The translations under genes were made by a program, and so were the position numbers. Under the pieces are notes generated by a model that did no database searches, was not told where the DNA came from, and was given only the letters and a program-made list of their open reading frames with translations. A stretch of 64,000 bases of DNA from an uncultured Chloroflexia bacterium. Lineage in GTDB: Bacteria > Chloroflexota > Limnocylindria > Limnocylindrales > CSP1-4. Positions 20,812-30,205 of this stretch are shown piece after piece. The stretch lies in assembly GCA_963774695.1 (NCBI GenBank), contig CAVZFY010000005.1:64658-128657 (forward strand), written 5' to 3'. Positions within the stretch are counted from its first letter, which is position 1; each line of letters starts with the position of its first letter.

Positions 20812-21365
20812 GCGGGCGCGCGGCCACCCTCGACACCGGCGAGGAATGCCGCGATCCGGTCGAGCGCATCCTCGCGCACCGGCAGCAGCCCGTGCCCGAG
20901 GCCGGGATACGTCACGAGCTCGCCGCGACGGAGCTTCGGCATGGCCGCCTCGAGCAGCTCGATGCGCGCGAACGGATCCGACGTCCCCGAGAGCAGCAGC
21001 GCCGGGACCTCGATCGACGGCCAGTGCGCCATCCGCGCCTCGGCGGTCTCGGGGCCACCGGGCCGATGGAGCGGGTAGGACAGGCAGACCAGGGCGGCGT
21101 ACGGATGCTCGCGCACGACCGCGCCCGGGACGCGGACCCCGGCGACCGCCAGCGACGCGACGCGCCCGCCGTAGGAGTGTCCGCCGATCACGACGCCGTC
21201 CTCGTCGGGGACCTGCGCCTCGAACGCCGCGACCGCGTCCTCGGCCTTGCGCTTGGGCAGGTCGATGGCGCGAGCGTCGATCCCCCGGGCGCGCAGGCCC
21301 TCCACCCAGGGCGCCATCGACGCCGCCGTTCCCGATGCGCCGTGGCCCAGAACGACCCGAATCAC
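20808..21365 (-). CDS. Alpha/beta hydrolase (dienelactone-hydrolase/KANL3-like)
   Basis: 185-aa ORF (GTG start). GHGASG..., nucleophile elbow GGHSYGG, later SGTSDPF and GLGHGL. Confidence 0.75.
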   Translation of the reverse strand: MIRVVLGHGASGTAASMAPWVEGLRARGIDARAIDLPKRKAEDAVAAFEAQVPDEDGVVIGGHSYGGRVASLAVAGVRVPGAVVREHPYAALVCLSYPLHRPGGPETAEARMAHWPSIEVPALLLSGTSDPFARIELLEAAMPKLRRGELVTYPGLGHGLLPVREDALDRIAAFLAGVEGGRAPA

Positions 21366-21464
21366 GAGACGACACTACCCGACGAGTGCCATGCTGGTAC
21401 CGGTCCCCGCGGTGGGACATGCGGGCCATGGTTGCGCGAACGCACCACGGACAGACTTCGGAGG

Positions 21465-23027
21465 ATGGTGATCGACCGACACGCACGCCCGAGTCCGCCC
21501 GCGAGACGACCCGCCATCTGGCTGGCCGCGAGCGCGGTCGCGCTGCTCGCGCTCGCGTCGCTCGTCGTCCCCGTCCTCGCCGTCGATCCGCCCGACGCCC
21601 CGGCGTCACCCTCGGCATCGGCCTCCGGATCGCCCTCGGTCGACCCGTCGCCGTCCGCCTCGCCGTCCGCGGACCCGTCGGCCTCCCCGACGCCGTCACC
21701 ATCGGCATCGCCCGCCCCGTCGCCGTCCCCCAGCCCATCGCCCTCCCCCACCCCGTCGCCCACGCCGACGCCGACGCCGACCCCGGTCGACCCCGACCAC
21801 TGGCCGGCCAAGGTCACCACGCTCGGCGCCACCGTGACGTTCTACGGTCGCGGCTACGGCCACGGCGTCGGGATGAGCCAGTACGGCGCCCGGGGGCGCG
21901 CGCTCGCCGGCGAGACGTCGGCCCAGATCCTGGCCGCCTACTTCGAGGGCTCGAAGCCCGCGACCACCAGCCCGAGCCAGACGGTCCGCGTCCTGCTCCT
22001 CGCGGGCTACGCGGCCGTGCAGAGCGCCCCGCTCTCGATCCACGGTCGCGGCGGCTCCTGGACCATCGACGGCGTCGCCGGCGCCTTCCCGGCGAACGGC
22101 TCGCTCCGCGCCTGGCGCACCACGGCCAAGGTCGACGGGGTCGCGACGACGACCTGGCGCATCCGCGTCCTCGCCGCCGACGGCAAGACGTCCCTGTACA
22201 CGGGCAAGGCCACCAACCCGGTCATCGTCCGGCCGGCCACCGCCGCCACGCACCTCCAGCTCGACGCCAAGCCGGCCGCATCGGACACCTACCGCGGGTC
22301 GTTCAAGGTGGTGCTCAACGCGAGCTCGGCGAGCGTCGTCGATCGCGTCGGCCTCGACAACTACCTGCGGGGCGTCGTCCCCGTCGAGATGCCCGCCAGC
22401 TGGCCGGTCGAGGCCCTGCGCGCGCAGGCCGTCGCCGCCCGCTCGTACGCCGTCCGCCGCCTGCACCCGGGGACGGGCTCGTTCGACGTCTACGACGACA
22501 CCCGATCGCAGGTCTACCGCGGGTTCGAGGCCGAGAAGGCGAAGACCAACAAGGTGATCGACGACGCGCCGGGCGCGATCCTGAAGTCGGGCAAGCAGGT
22601 CGTGAACGCGTTCTTCCATTCCTCGGACGGCGGCGCGACCGAGAACAACGAGTACGCGTTCGTCGGGTCGACCGGTGCGGTGACCTCGTCGCCCGTGAAG
22701 TACCTGCGCGGGATCGCGGATCGCGGCGCGAACGGCGTCGCGTTCGACGCGGCCGCGCCGTACTACCACTGGTCGACGACGTCGCTGACGCGAGCGCAGC
22801 TCTCGGCGATCTTCCGCAAGGACGCACGCACGAACGTGGGCGACGTCACCCGCCTGGACCTCACGCATCGCGGCGTCTCGGGCCGGCTGTACCAGGTGAC
22901 GCTGTACGGGAGCGGCGGGTCGAAGACCGTCTCGGCCGACGTGTTCGCCTCGGTGTACAACGCGGGCCGCCCATCGGGTGCCTCGCCGATCCGCAGCAAC
23001 CTGTTCGACGCGGCGCCGGTCCGCTAG
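21465..23027 (+). CDS. SpoIID/LytB-domain protein (secreted, Pro/Ser/Thr-rich linker)
   Basis: ATG 21465 (or GTG 21468) after GGAGGA, inside ORF 20892..23027. TM/signal WLAASAVALLALASLVV and a PS/PT low-complexity linker. SpoIID features GHGVGMSQYGA, EALRAQAVAARSYA, FFHSSDGGATEN. Confidence 0.85.
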   Translation: MVIDRHARPSPPARRPAIWLAASAVALLALASLVVPVLAVDPPDAPASPSASASGSPSVDPSPSASPSADPSASPTPSPSASPAPSPSPSPSPSPTPSPTPTPTPTPVDPDHWPAKVTTLGATVTFYGRGYGHGVGMSQYGARGRALAGETSAQILAAYFEGSKPATTSPSQTVRVLLLAGYAAVQSAPLSIHGRGGSWTIDGVAGAFPANGSLRAWRTTAKVDGVATTTWRIRVLAADGKTSLYTGKATNPVIVRPATAATHLQLDAKPAASDTYRGSFKVVLNASSASVVDRVGLDNYLRGVVPVEMPASWPVEALRAQAVAARSYAVRRLHPGTGSFDVYDDTRSQVYRGFEAEKAKTNKVIDDAPGAILKSGKQVVNAFFHSSDGGATENNEYAFVGSTGAVTSSPVKYLRGIADRGANGVAFDAAAPYYHWSTTSLTRAQLSAIFRKDARTNVGDVTRLDLTHRGVSGRLYQVTLYGSGGSKTVSADVFASVYNAGRPSGASPIRSNLFDAAPVR

Positions 23028-23043
23028 CCGCGAGCGCCGGCCC

Positions 23044-23914
23044 TCAGAGCTCGCGGCGCCGGAACAGGGCGACGCCGCCGAGCAGCACCAGCACCACCCA
23101 GATCACGCTCCACGCGAGGAACGGTGCCGGCGGCGGCGTGGTCGGCGAAGAACGGGTTGGCGGCCAGGAACTCCGGCGAGCGGCCGGCGGCGAGCAGCAG
23201 GACCAGCGGGGGCTCGAGGCCGTAGACGACGCCGCGCCACAGGCCGTCGGTCGGGATCAGCACCCGCACGACGTCGGCCGCCCTGCGCGAGCGGCGCGGC
23301 GTCGAAGGCGACCGCGATGCTGCCGAGCACGCCCGCGAACCAGCCGAGGCCGAACAGCACGACGGTGACGGCGCCCGCGGCGATCCCCGGCAGGCGCGTG
23401 CCGAGCGACAGGGCGAGCGTCAGGACGACGATCGCCTGGCCCGCGAGGAAGGCGACGGCGACCAGCGGCTGCGGCGGCAGGTGCCCGCTGACGAAGCCGA
23501 CGACGGCGATCGCGAACAGGCCCGACAGCGGCGGCGTAGCCCGCGACCACGATCGCGAGGCCGAGCCAGCGCCCGATGACGAGGTCGCTGCGGCGCATCG
23601 GGCGGGCGAGCATGGCCTGGACCGTGCCCGACTCCACGTCCGACGCGATCGCCGGCGCGGCGAGGAACGCGGCCGACATCGCGAGCACGAAGCTGAACAT
23701 GAACGCGATCAGGATCAGGACCTGCGAGACGCCGATCTGGATCTGGAGCTCCTCGACCCCGTTCTCGCGCGAGTAGCTGACGAGCCGCTCGACGCCCCAG
23801 CCCGACGAGCGCGACGCTCGCGAGCGCGAGGATGAGGAGCACCCAGATGACGCGGCGGCGGACGATCTCGCGGAGGGTCAGCGCCGCGATCACGAGGACG
23901 ATGCGGAGGGTCAC
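23044..23914 (-). pseudogene. ABC-2 transporter permease (at least four apparent frameshifts)
   Basis: GTG 23914 overlaps the ATPase stop (GTGA). Hydrophobic permease sequence is recovered only by hopping frames: VTLRIVLVIAALTLREIV.../GVERLVSYSRENGVEELQIQIGVSQVLILIAFMFSFVLAM.../LFAIAVVGFVSGHLPPQPLVAVAFLAG.../ADVVRVLIPTDGLWRGVVYGLEPP.../APFLAWSVIWVVLVLLGGVALFRRREL*. Shifts at about 23800, 23525, 23280 and 23130. Confidence 0.65.
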
Positions 23915-24831
23915 CGGTCCGCCTCGCCATCCTCGCGGACCATGCCCAGGAACAGGTCCTCGAGGCTGCGCCGGCCGGGGTCGACCGCGTGCACCCGGCC
24001 GCCGAGCCCGACGATGGCCGCCACGGCGTCGGGGATGCGCGCCGGGTCGATGGGGCGGATCGTGATCCAGTCGTCGTCGTGGGCCACGTTGCCGAAGGCC
24101 GCCAGGGCGTCGGTCACGGCCTGGGTCGACGGCAGGTCGGTCGCCTCGATCCGGACCGCCGACTCGCCGAGCAGCTCCGCGAGCGTGCCGGCGGCGATGA
24201 CCCGCCCGTGATTGACGATCGCCACCCGGTCGCACAGCCGCTCGACCTCGCCAAGCAGGTGCGAGTTGAGGAACACCGCCGACCCGCGGTCGCGGGCCTC
24301 GCGGATGATCGCGCGGACGTCGTCGCGGCCGACGGGGTCGAGGGCGGACGTCGGCTCGTCCAGGATGACGAGCGCGGGATCGCCCAGCAGGGCCGCCGCG
24401 AGCCCGAGGCGCTGCTGCATGCCCTTCGAGAAGCCGCCGGTGCGATCGTCGGCCCGGTCGGAGAGTCCGGCGATGCCGAGGACACGCTCGATCTCCGCCT
24501 TGCGGCCCTTCGACGGCAGGCCGGCGAGCTGGGCGTGCAGCATCAGGACCTCGTGGGCCGAGAGCCACGCCTGGTAGCGGAAGAGCTCGGGCAGGTAACC
24601 GACTCGCCGGCGCGTCTCCCGATCCCCGATCGGCCGGCCCAGCACCTCGCCGCCGCCCGCGGTCCTCCGCGTCAGGCCGAGGAGCAGCTTCACCGCGGTG
24701 GTCTTGCCGGCGCCGTTGGGTCCGAGGAACCCGAACACCTCGCCGGCCTCGACGCGCAGGTCGAGCGACTCGAGGCCGATCGTGTGGCCGTACACCTTGC
24801 GCAGGCCCTGGGTCTCGATGGCGGCGGTCAT
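23911..24831 (-). CDS. ABC transporter ATP-binding protein (ABC-2 type)
   Basis: ATG 24831 (MTAAIETQGLRKVYG) inside ORF 23911..25092. Walker A GPNGAGKTT, signature FSKGMQQR, Walker B LVILDEP, NSH. Intact. Confidence 0.85.
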   Translation of the reverse strand: MTAAIETQGLRKVYGHTIGLESLDLRVEAGEVFGFLGPNGAGKTTAVKLLLGLTRRTAGGGEVLGRPIGDRETRRRVGYLPELFRYQAWLSAHEVLMLHAQLAGLPSKGRKAEIERVLGIAGLSDRADDRTGGFSKGMQQRLGLAAALLGDPALVILDEPTSALDPVGRDDVRAIIREARDRGSAVFLNSHLLGEVERLCDRVAIVNHGRVIAAGTLAELLGESAVRIEATDLPSTQAVTDALAAFGNVAHDDDWITIRPIDPARIPDAVAAIVGLGGRVHAVDPGRRSLEDLFLGMVREDGEADR

Positions 24832-24949
24832 GGATGCATTCTCACGGGTCCGGGACGGTTCGTGCGCTCGCGACTGTGACACGAGAGCTGTCACAGCCGG
24901 CCACGAGGATTGGGTCGTGATCAACCCGCCCGAACTGGAGGTCAGGCCA

Positions 24950-25087
24950 ATGCTCTTCGTCGATTGCCCGCTGTGCGAGCGGCCCGCGCCGTTCGACACG
25001 GAGCGCGACGCGCTCGACTGCGAGGCGTGCGGCGCGCACCTCGAGATCGCGGCCGACGTGCGGGTCGAGCTCCCGATCGCCGCCTGA
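24950..25087 (+). CDS. Small zinc-ribbon-like protein (45 aa)
   Basis: ATG 24950 with GGAGG 8 nt upstream, in frame inside ORF 24698..25087. MLFVDCPLCERPAPFDTERDALDCEACGAHLEIA has two CxxC pairs. Short, so coding status is tentative. Confidence 0.4.
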   Translation: MLFVDCPLCERPAPFDTERDALDCEACGAHLEIAADVRVELPIAA

Positions 25088-25193
25088 CCCACGACCCGGG
25101 AACGCGACAGACCCGCCCGGCCCTTGCCAATCGCGGAATACTGTCAGGACGCGTGTCGGCCGATCTGATTGCCGGCGCCACTCCCGGAGGCCG

Positions 25194-25898
25194 ATGCCCA
25201 TGGACTTCCGCAAGTACTCCGCCGAGCTCGTCGGCTCGTTCATCTTCTTCGTCATCGGGTACCTGTCGGTCCCGGCGTTCGCCAACGCCAGCCCTCCGGG
25301 CGCGCCGAACCTCCTCGTGGTGCCGTGGGCCTTCGGGTTCGGGCTCCTCGCGGCGATCTTCGCCTTCGGCCACATCTCGGGCGGCCACTTCAACCCGGCC
25401 GTGACGGTCGCGATGGTGCTCGACAAGCGCACCACGCCCATCGACGCCGTCGGCTACATCCTGTCCCAGATCATCGGGGCCGTCGCTGCCGCCCTCGTCG
25501 TGGCGGTCGCGGTCAGCCAGGATGCCGTCAAGGCCGGCATCACGGCGCCGGGCGCCGGCATCACCGACGCCGGTGCCCTGATCATCGAGACGGTCGCCAC
25601 CGCAGCCTTCCTCGCGGTCATCCTCGCCGCATCGAAGCGCACCCCGGCGCTCGCCGCGCTCGCCATCCCGCTCACGCTGGTCGCCATCCACTTCGCCATC
25701 GCCACGCTGAGCGGCGCATCCGTGAACCCGGCTCGCTCGCTCGGGTCGGCCATCGTCGGCGGCGACGTGTCGAAGATCTGGATCTACATCGTCGGGCCGG
25801 TCGTCGGCGGGATCCTGGGCTGGCTCGCGTGGCGCCTGATCGACGGTGGCGCCGAGACGTTCCCGTCCGAGCAGCCCGGCGCGGAGGAAGTCGCCTAG
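25194..25898 (+). CDS. MIP-family channel (aquaporin/glycerol facilitator)
   Basis: 234-aa ORF with two NPA boxes (HFNPAVT, SVNPARS) and six hydrophobic spans. GGAGG at 25186-25190 suits the second Met (25200) at least as well as 25194. The stop overlaps the convergent oppF-like stop (CTAG). Confidence 0.9.
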   Translation: MPMDFRKYSAELVGSFIFFVIGYLSVPAFANASPPGAPNLLVVPWAFGFGLLAAIFAFGHISGGHFNPAVTVAMVLDKRTTPIDAVGYILSQIIGAVAAALVVAVAVSQDAVKAGITAPGAGITDAGALIIETVATAAFLAVILAASKRTPALAALAIPLTLVAIHFAIATLSGASVNPARSLGSAIVGGDVSKIWIYIVGPVVGGILGWLAWRLIDGGAETFPSEQPGAEEVA

Positions 25899-26972
25899 TC
25901 GCTCGCAGCTGGGGCCGCCACCGGAACGGGGACGGCGTCGAGGATCGGCAGGTCGCGGGGGCCCGCTTCGGCGAGCCAGCACGCGGCCTGGTGGCCCTCG
26001 GCCACCTCGATCAGCGGCGGCTCCTCGACCCGGCACCGGTCGAAGGCGAGCGGACAGCGGGGGTGGAATCGGCAGCCCTTCGGGATGTGCACGGCATCGG
26101 GCGTCTCGCCGACGAGGATCGTCCGCTTGGCGCGCTCGCCCTCGCCCGGCGGGTCCGGCGACGGGCTGACCGACACCAGGGCCTGCGTGTACGGGTTGCG
26201 CGGGGCCGCGGATCACCTGCTCGGCCGGGCCGATCTCCATGATCTTGCCGAGGTACATGACCGCGATCCGGTCGGCCAGCACCCACGCGAGCGACAGGTC
26301 GTGGGTGATGAACAGGTAGGTCAGGCCGCGCTCGCGTCGCAGGTCGAGCATCAGGCGCAGGAGCTCGGTGCGGATCGAGACGTCGAGCATGGACACGGGC
26401 TCGTCGGCGACCACGAGCTCCGGGTTCATCACCAGGGCCCCGGCGATCACGACGCGCTGCCGCTGGCCGCCCGACAGCTCGTGCGGATAGCGGTCGGCGA
26501 AGTCGCTCGCGGGGCGCATGCCCGCGGATTCGAGCGCCGCGATCACCAGCGCGTCGCGCTCCTTGCGCGAGCTGCCGATCTTGTTCACGACGAGCGGCTC
26601 GGCCACGAACTCGCGGATCGTGTGCTTCGGGTTCAGCGTCTCGTACGGGTCCTGGAAGATCAGCTGCACCCGCCGCCGGTACTCGCGCAGCGCCTTGACG
26701 CCCCAGAGCGTCGAGACGTCCTTGCCGCCGAACACGATCCGGCCACCGGTCTGGCGGGTCAGCTTCACGACGACGCGGCCGGTGGTCGTCTTGCCGGATC
26801 CCGACTCCCCGACGAGGCCCAGGATCTCGCCCTTGCGGATCGTGAGGTCGATGCCGTCGACCGCCCGGACGACCCCGACCGGCTTGCGGGACAGCAGCCC
26901 GCCGCGGATCGGGAAGTGGACCTCGAGGTTCTCGAGGCGCAGCAGCTCCTCGGCCGGCTCCGGCTCGGTCAC
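25895..26972 (-). pseudogene. oppF: Oligopeptide/dipeptide ABC transporter ATP-binding protein, OppF/DppF-like (one apparent frameshift)
   Basis: GTG 26972 overlaps the oppD-like stop. [24 protein letters not shown] in the frame of ORF 24942..27428 up to ...EQVIRGP. The C-terminal oligopeptide-ABC domain ([16 protein letters not shown]...[10 protein letters not shown]...) lies in ORF 25895..26176. Shift at about 26195-26208. Confidence 0.8.
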
Positions 26973-28212
26973 GGCCGCGGGCCGGTCGCGGCCGGGGCCG
27001 GCGGGGGCGGCATGACGGGCGCGACCGACGACAACCGCGCCGGATGCTCGTGCGGGATCTCGTCGTGGCCCACGACGGCGTGCGGCACGGCCCCGATCGC
27101 CGCCTCGCCGGCCATCGGCGCGTCGGACGTCGGGTACAGGTGGCAGGCGACCCGGACGCCGTCGGCGAACGTGACCTCGGGCGGCACGACCTCGGTGCAG
27201 ACCGGCATCGCGAACGCGCAGCGCGGCGCGAACCGGCAGCCCGGCGGCGGGTTGCGGAGGTCCGGCGGCATCCCCGGGATGACCTCGAGCGTCCGGCGAT
27301 CGGCGTGGATGTTCGGGTATGCGCCGAGCAGCGCCTGCGTGTACGGGTGCCGCGGGTTGGTGAACACGCGCCGGACCGGGCCTTCCTCGGCGATCCGGCC
27401 CGCGTACATGACCATGACCTTGTCGCACGTCTCGGCGATCACCGACAGGTCGTGGGTGATCAGCATCAGCGACAGCCCGAGGTCCCGGCGCAGCTGCTCG
27501 AGCAGCTGCAGGATCTGCGCCTGGACCATGACGTCGAGCGCGGTCGTCGGCTCGTCGCCGATCACGAGCGCGGGGTCGCAGGCGAGCGCCATCGCGATCA
27601 TCGCGCGCTGCCGCATCCCGCCGGACAGCTCGTGCGGGTAGGCGTTGGACCGCTTCTTCGGGATCCCGACGAGGTCCAGCAGCTCGGAGGCCCGCTTGCG
27701 CGCCGACTCGCGCGGCTGGCCGAGGCGGATCTCGATCGGCTCGGCGATCTGGTCGCCGACGCGGCGCACGGGGTTGAGCGCGTTCATCGCGCCCTGGAAC
27801 ACGATCGAGATCTCGCGCCAGCGGTAGCGCGCGAGCTGCTTCTCGGTCTTGGGCACGAGGTCGATCCCGAACAGCTCGATCTTGCCGCCCTTGATCCGCC
27901 CGTTCGCCGGCAGCAGCCGGACCATCGACAGGGCCGTCGTCGTCTTGCCGCAGCCCGACTCGCCGGCGATCCCCAGCGCCTCGCCGTCGTCGAGCCGGAA
28001 GCTGACGCCGTCGACCGCCTTGACGCTCCCGCGACTTGAGGCTGAAGCGGACCGACAGGTCCTCGACGACCGAGGAGCGGCGCCCCGGGCACGGCCAGCT
28101 TCGGCAGCGGCCACTGGCGGCGGCCGCGGATGGCGGCGGGCTCGACGCCGGTGGGCGACCGGCTCGTCGTCGGCCGAGGCGCGGGGCGATGGGTTCGCAC
28201 GGTCTCGCTCAC
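26969..28212 (-). pseudogene. oppD: Oligopeptide/dipeptide ABC transporter ATP-binding protein, OppD/DppD-like (two apparent frameshifts near the N-terminus)
   Basis: [39 protein letters not shown] in ORF 26969..28114. The N-terminus (GTG 28212, GTGA overlap with oppC) reads ...LAVPGAPLL / VVEDLSVRFSLKS / RGSVKAVDGVSF in three frames. Shifts at about 28070 and 28028. Confidence 0.8.
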
Positions 28213-29162
28213 CGCCGGCTCAGCGCTTTCGGGTTGAGGACGTCGTCCAGCGCGTTGCCGACGAGCGTGAACGCCAGCACGACGAGGACGACGGCGATGG
28301 CCGGCGGGGCGATGTACCACCACGCCCCGAGGCCCGGCGCGCCCGCGGTCTGGGCGTTGTTGAGGATCTGGCCCCACGACGGCGCCGTCGGATCGCCGAG
28401 GCCGATGAACGCGAGGGTCGTCTCGGTGAACACCGCGGTCGCGAACGTGAGCACGGACTGCGCGACGATCAGGTTCACGACGTTGGGCAGGATGTGGCGG
28501 CGCATGATCCGGCCCTGCCCGGAGCCGATGACGCGGGCCCGGTCCACGAACATCCGCTCCTTGAGCGACAGCACCTGGCTGCGGATGACGCGCGCGGTCG
28601 TCGCCCAGCTGGTCAGGCCGATGACGACGACGATGACGATCAGCGTCGAGCGGATGCCGAACAGCTCGGCCTGCGGGCCGATCGACGTCGAGCATGATCG
28701 GCGCGAGGATCAGGGCGAGGACGATCGTCGGCAGCACCAGGAAGAAGTCGGACAGGCGCATCAGCAGCGTGTCGGTCGTGCCGCCGACGAAGCCCGCGAC
28801 GATGCCCACGAGCGGACGCCGATGACGATGCGTGACAGCGTCGCCAGGAGCCCGATCGTCATCGAGATCCGGGCGCCGTGGACGGTCAGGTTGAGCAGGT
28901 CGCGGCCGAGCTCGTCGGTGCCGAACGGGTACGTGAGGCTGGGCGGCTCGAGGGGCTGGCCGGTGGCGGAGGTCAGCGGTCTCGCAGCGGCCCGACGAAC
29001 AGCGCCGGGAAGATCGCGAGCACGCCGAACGACGACGAGGATCGTCACGCCGATCAGCCCGTCCGTGCGCCCGAGCAGCTGGCCGAGGAAGTCCTTCGTC
29101 CGGCGCGTGGTGCGCCAGCGCCCGGCCCCGAGCTCGGTGCCGGCGATCCCGGTGACGCTCAC
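28209..29162 (-). pseudogene. oppC: Oligopeptide ABC transporter permease, OppC/DppC-like (at least four apparent frameshifts)
   Basis: GTG 29162 overlaps the oppB stop. Segments: VSVTGIAG...GVTILVV / FGVLAIFPALFVGPLRD / PLTSATGQPLEPPSLTYPFGTDELGRDLLNLTVHGARISMTIGLLATL / VGIVAGFVGGTTDTLLMRLSDFFLVLPTIVLALILAPIML / GPQAELFGIRSTLIVIVVVIGLTSWATTARVIRSQVLSLKERMFVDRARVIGSG...*. Shifts at about 29030, 28980, 28815 and 28680. Confidence 0.75.
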
Positions 29163-30131
29163 GTCCGCACCCGCGGGTCGAGGTAGCCGTACACGATGTC
29201 GGCGATGAGGTTGGCGAACACGACGGACACGGCGATGAGCAGGAAGATGCGCCTGCAGCAGCGGGTAGTCGCGCGCGTCGAGCGCCTGGACCGTGAGCGT
29301 CCCGAGGCCCGGCCAGTTGAACACGATCTCGGCGGTGATCGCGCCCGCGACGACGTAGCCGAGGTTGATGGCGATCAGCGTGACCATCGGCAGCAGCGCG
29401 TTGGGGAAGGCGTGCGAGTTGCAGGATCCGGTCGTCGGACAGGCCCTTGGCCCGGGCCGTCGTGATGTAGTCCTCGGCCCGCGTCTCGATGATCGACGAG
29501 CGCATCAGGATCGAGTAGGCGCCGATGAGGCCGAGGCGACCGTGGTCAGCGGCAGCACGAGGTGGCGCGCCGAGGTCGAAGACCTGCTGCGATCGGCGTC
29601 TGGTCGCCGCCGGGCGTGGTCATGCCCGACGTCGGGAACCAGGCGAGGCCCGCGGCGAACATGATGATCAGCGGCATGCCGATCACGAAGTACGGCATCG
29701 AGTACAGGACCAGGCTGATGCCGTTGCCGACCCGGTCGATGGTCCCGCCGCGCCGCCAGCCGGATCGCGCGCCGAGCCACAGGCCGACGACGATCGCGAT
29801 CGCCTCGCCGAGCGCCGATGAGCAGGACGGTCGGCCCGGTCGCGTCGAGCACGACCTCGTCGACCGGCTGGCCGCGGTACTTGATCGAGTAGCCGAGGTC
29901 GCCCGTCGCCGTGTCGGCGATGTAGTCGACGAGCTGGTCCGGGATGAGCGGCTTGTCGAGGCCCCAGCGGGCCCGGTTCGCCGCGATGATCTCGGGCGTC
30001 AGGTGCGGGTTCTTGGACACGCGGTCCGGCGAGCCCGGCATCATCCGGAACAGCACGAAGTTGAGGATCACGATCGCGAAGATCGTGACCACCGCGCCCA
30101 GGAACTTGCGCGCGACGTAGCGGCCGCTCAC
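29159..30131 (-). pseudogene. oppB: Oligopeptide ABC transporter permease, OppB/DppB-like (about six apparent frameshifts)
   Basis: ATG 30131: MSGRYVARKFLGAVVTIFAIVILNFVLFRMMPGSP...TVLLIG. Further segments in other frames: LGEAIAIVVGLWLGARSGW...MPYFVIGMPLIIMFAAGLAWFPTSGM, QQVFDLG, HLVLPLTTVA, LGLIGAYSILMRSSIIETRAEDYITTARAKGLS, HAFPNALLPMVTLIAINLGYVVAGAITAEIVFNWPGLG, IFLLIAVSVVFANLIADIVYGYLDPRVRT*. Shifts at about 29812, 29588, 29568, 29534, 29415 and 29252. Confidence 0.75.
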
Positions 30132-30205
30132 GCGTCCCTACCCCGGGCTTCGGACGAGGGCCGCGGGGCGACCCTCGTCCAGCATGGCGTCAACGCCGGG
30201 TCCGG

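Noticed and set aside
21590-21790. Highly repetitive Pro/Ser/Thr/Ala-coding DNA that looks like a repeat array. Similar stretches occur at about 5290-5350 and 57100-57300.
   Set aside because: These are in-frame low-complexity linkers of secreted or acidic proteins. They have no spacer/repeat periodicity of a CRISPR array and no non-coding character.
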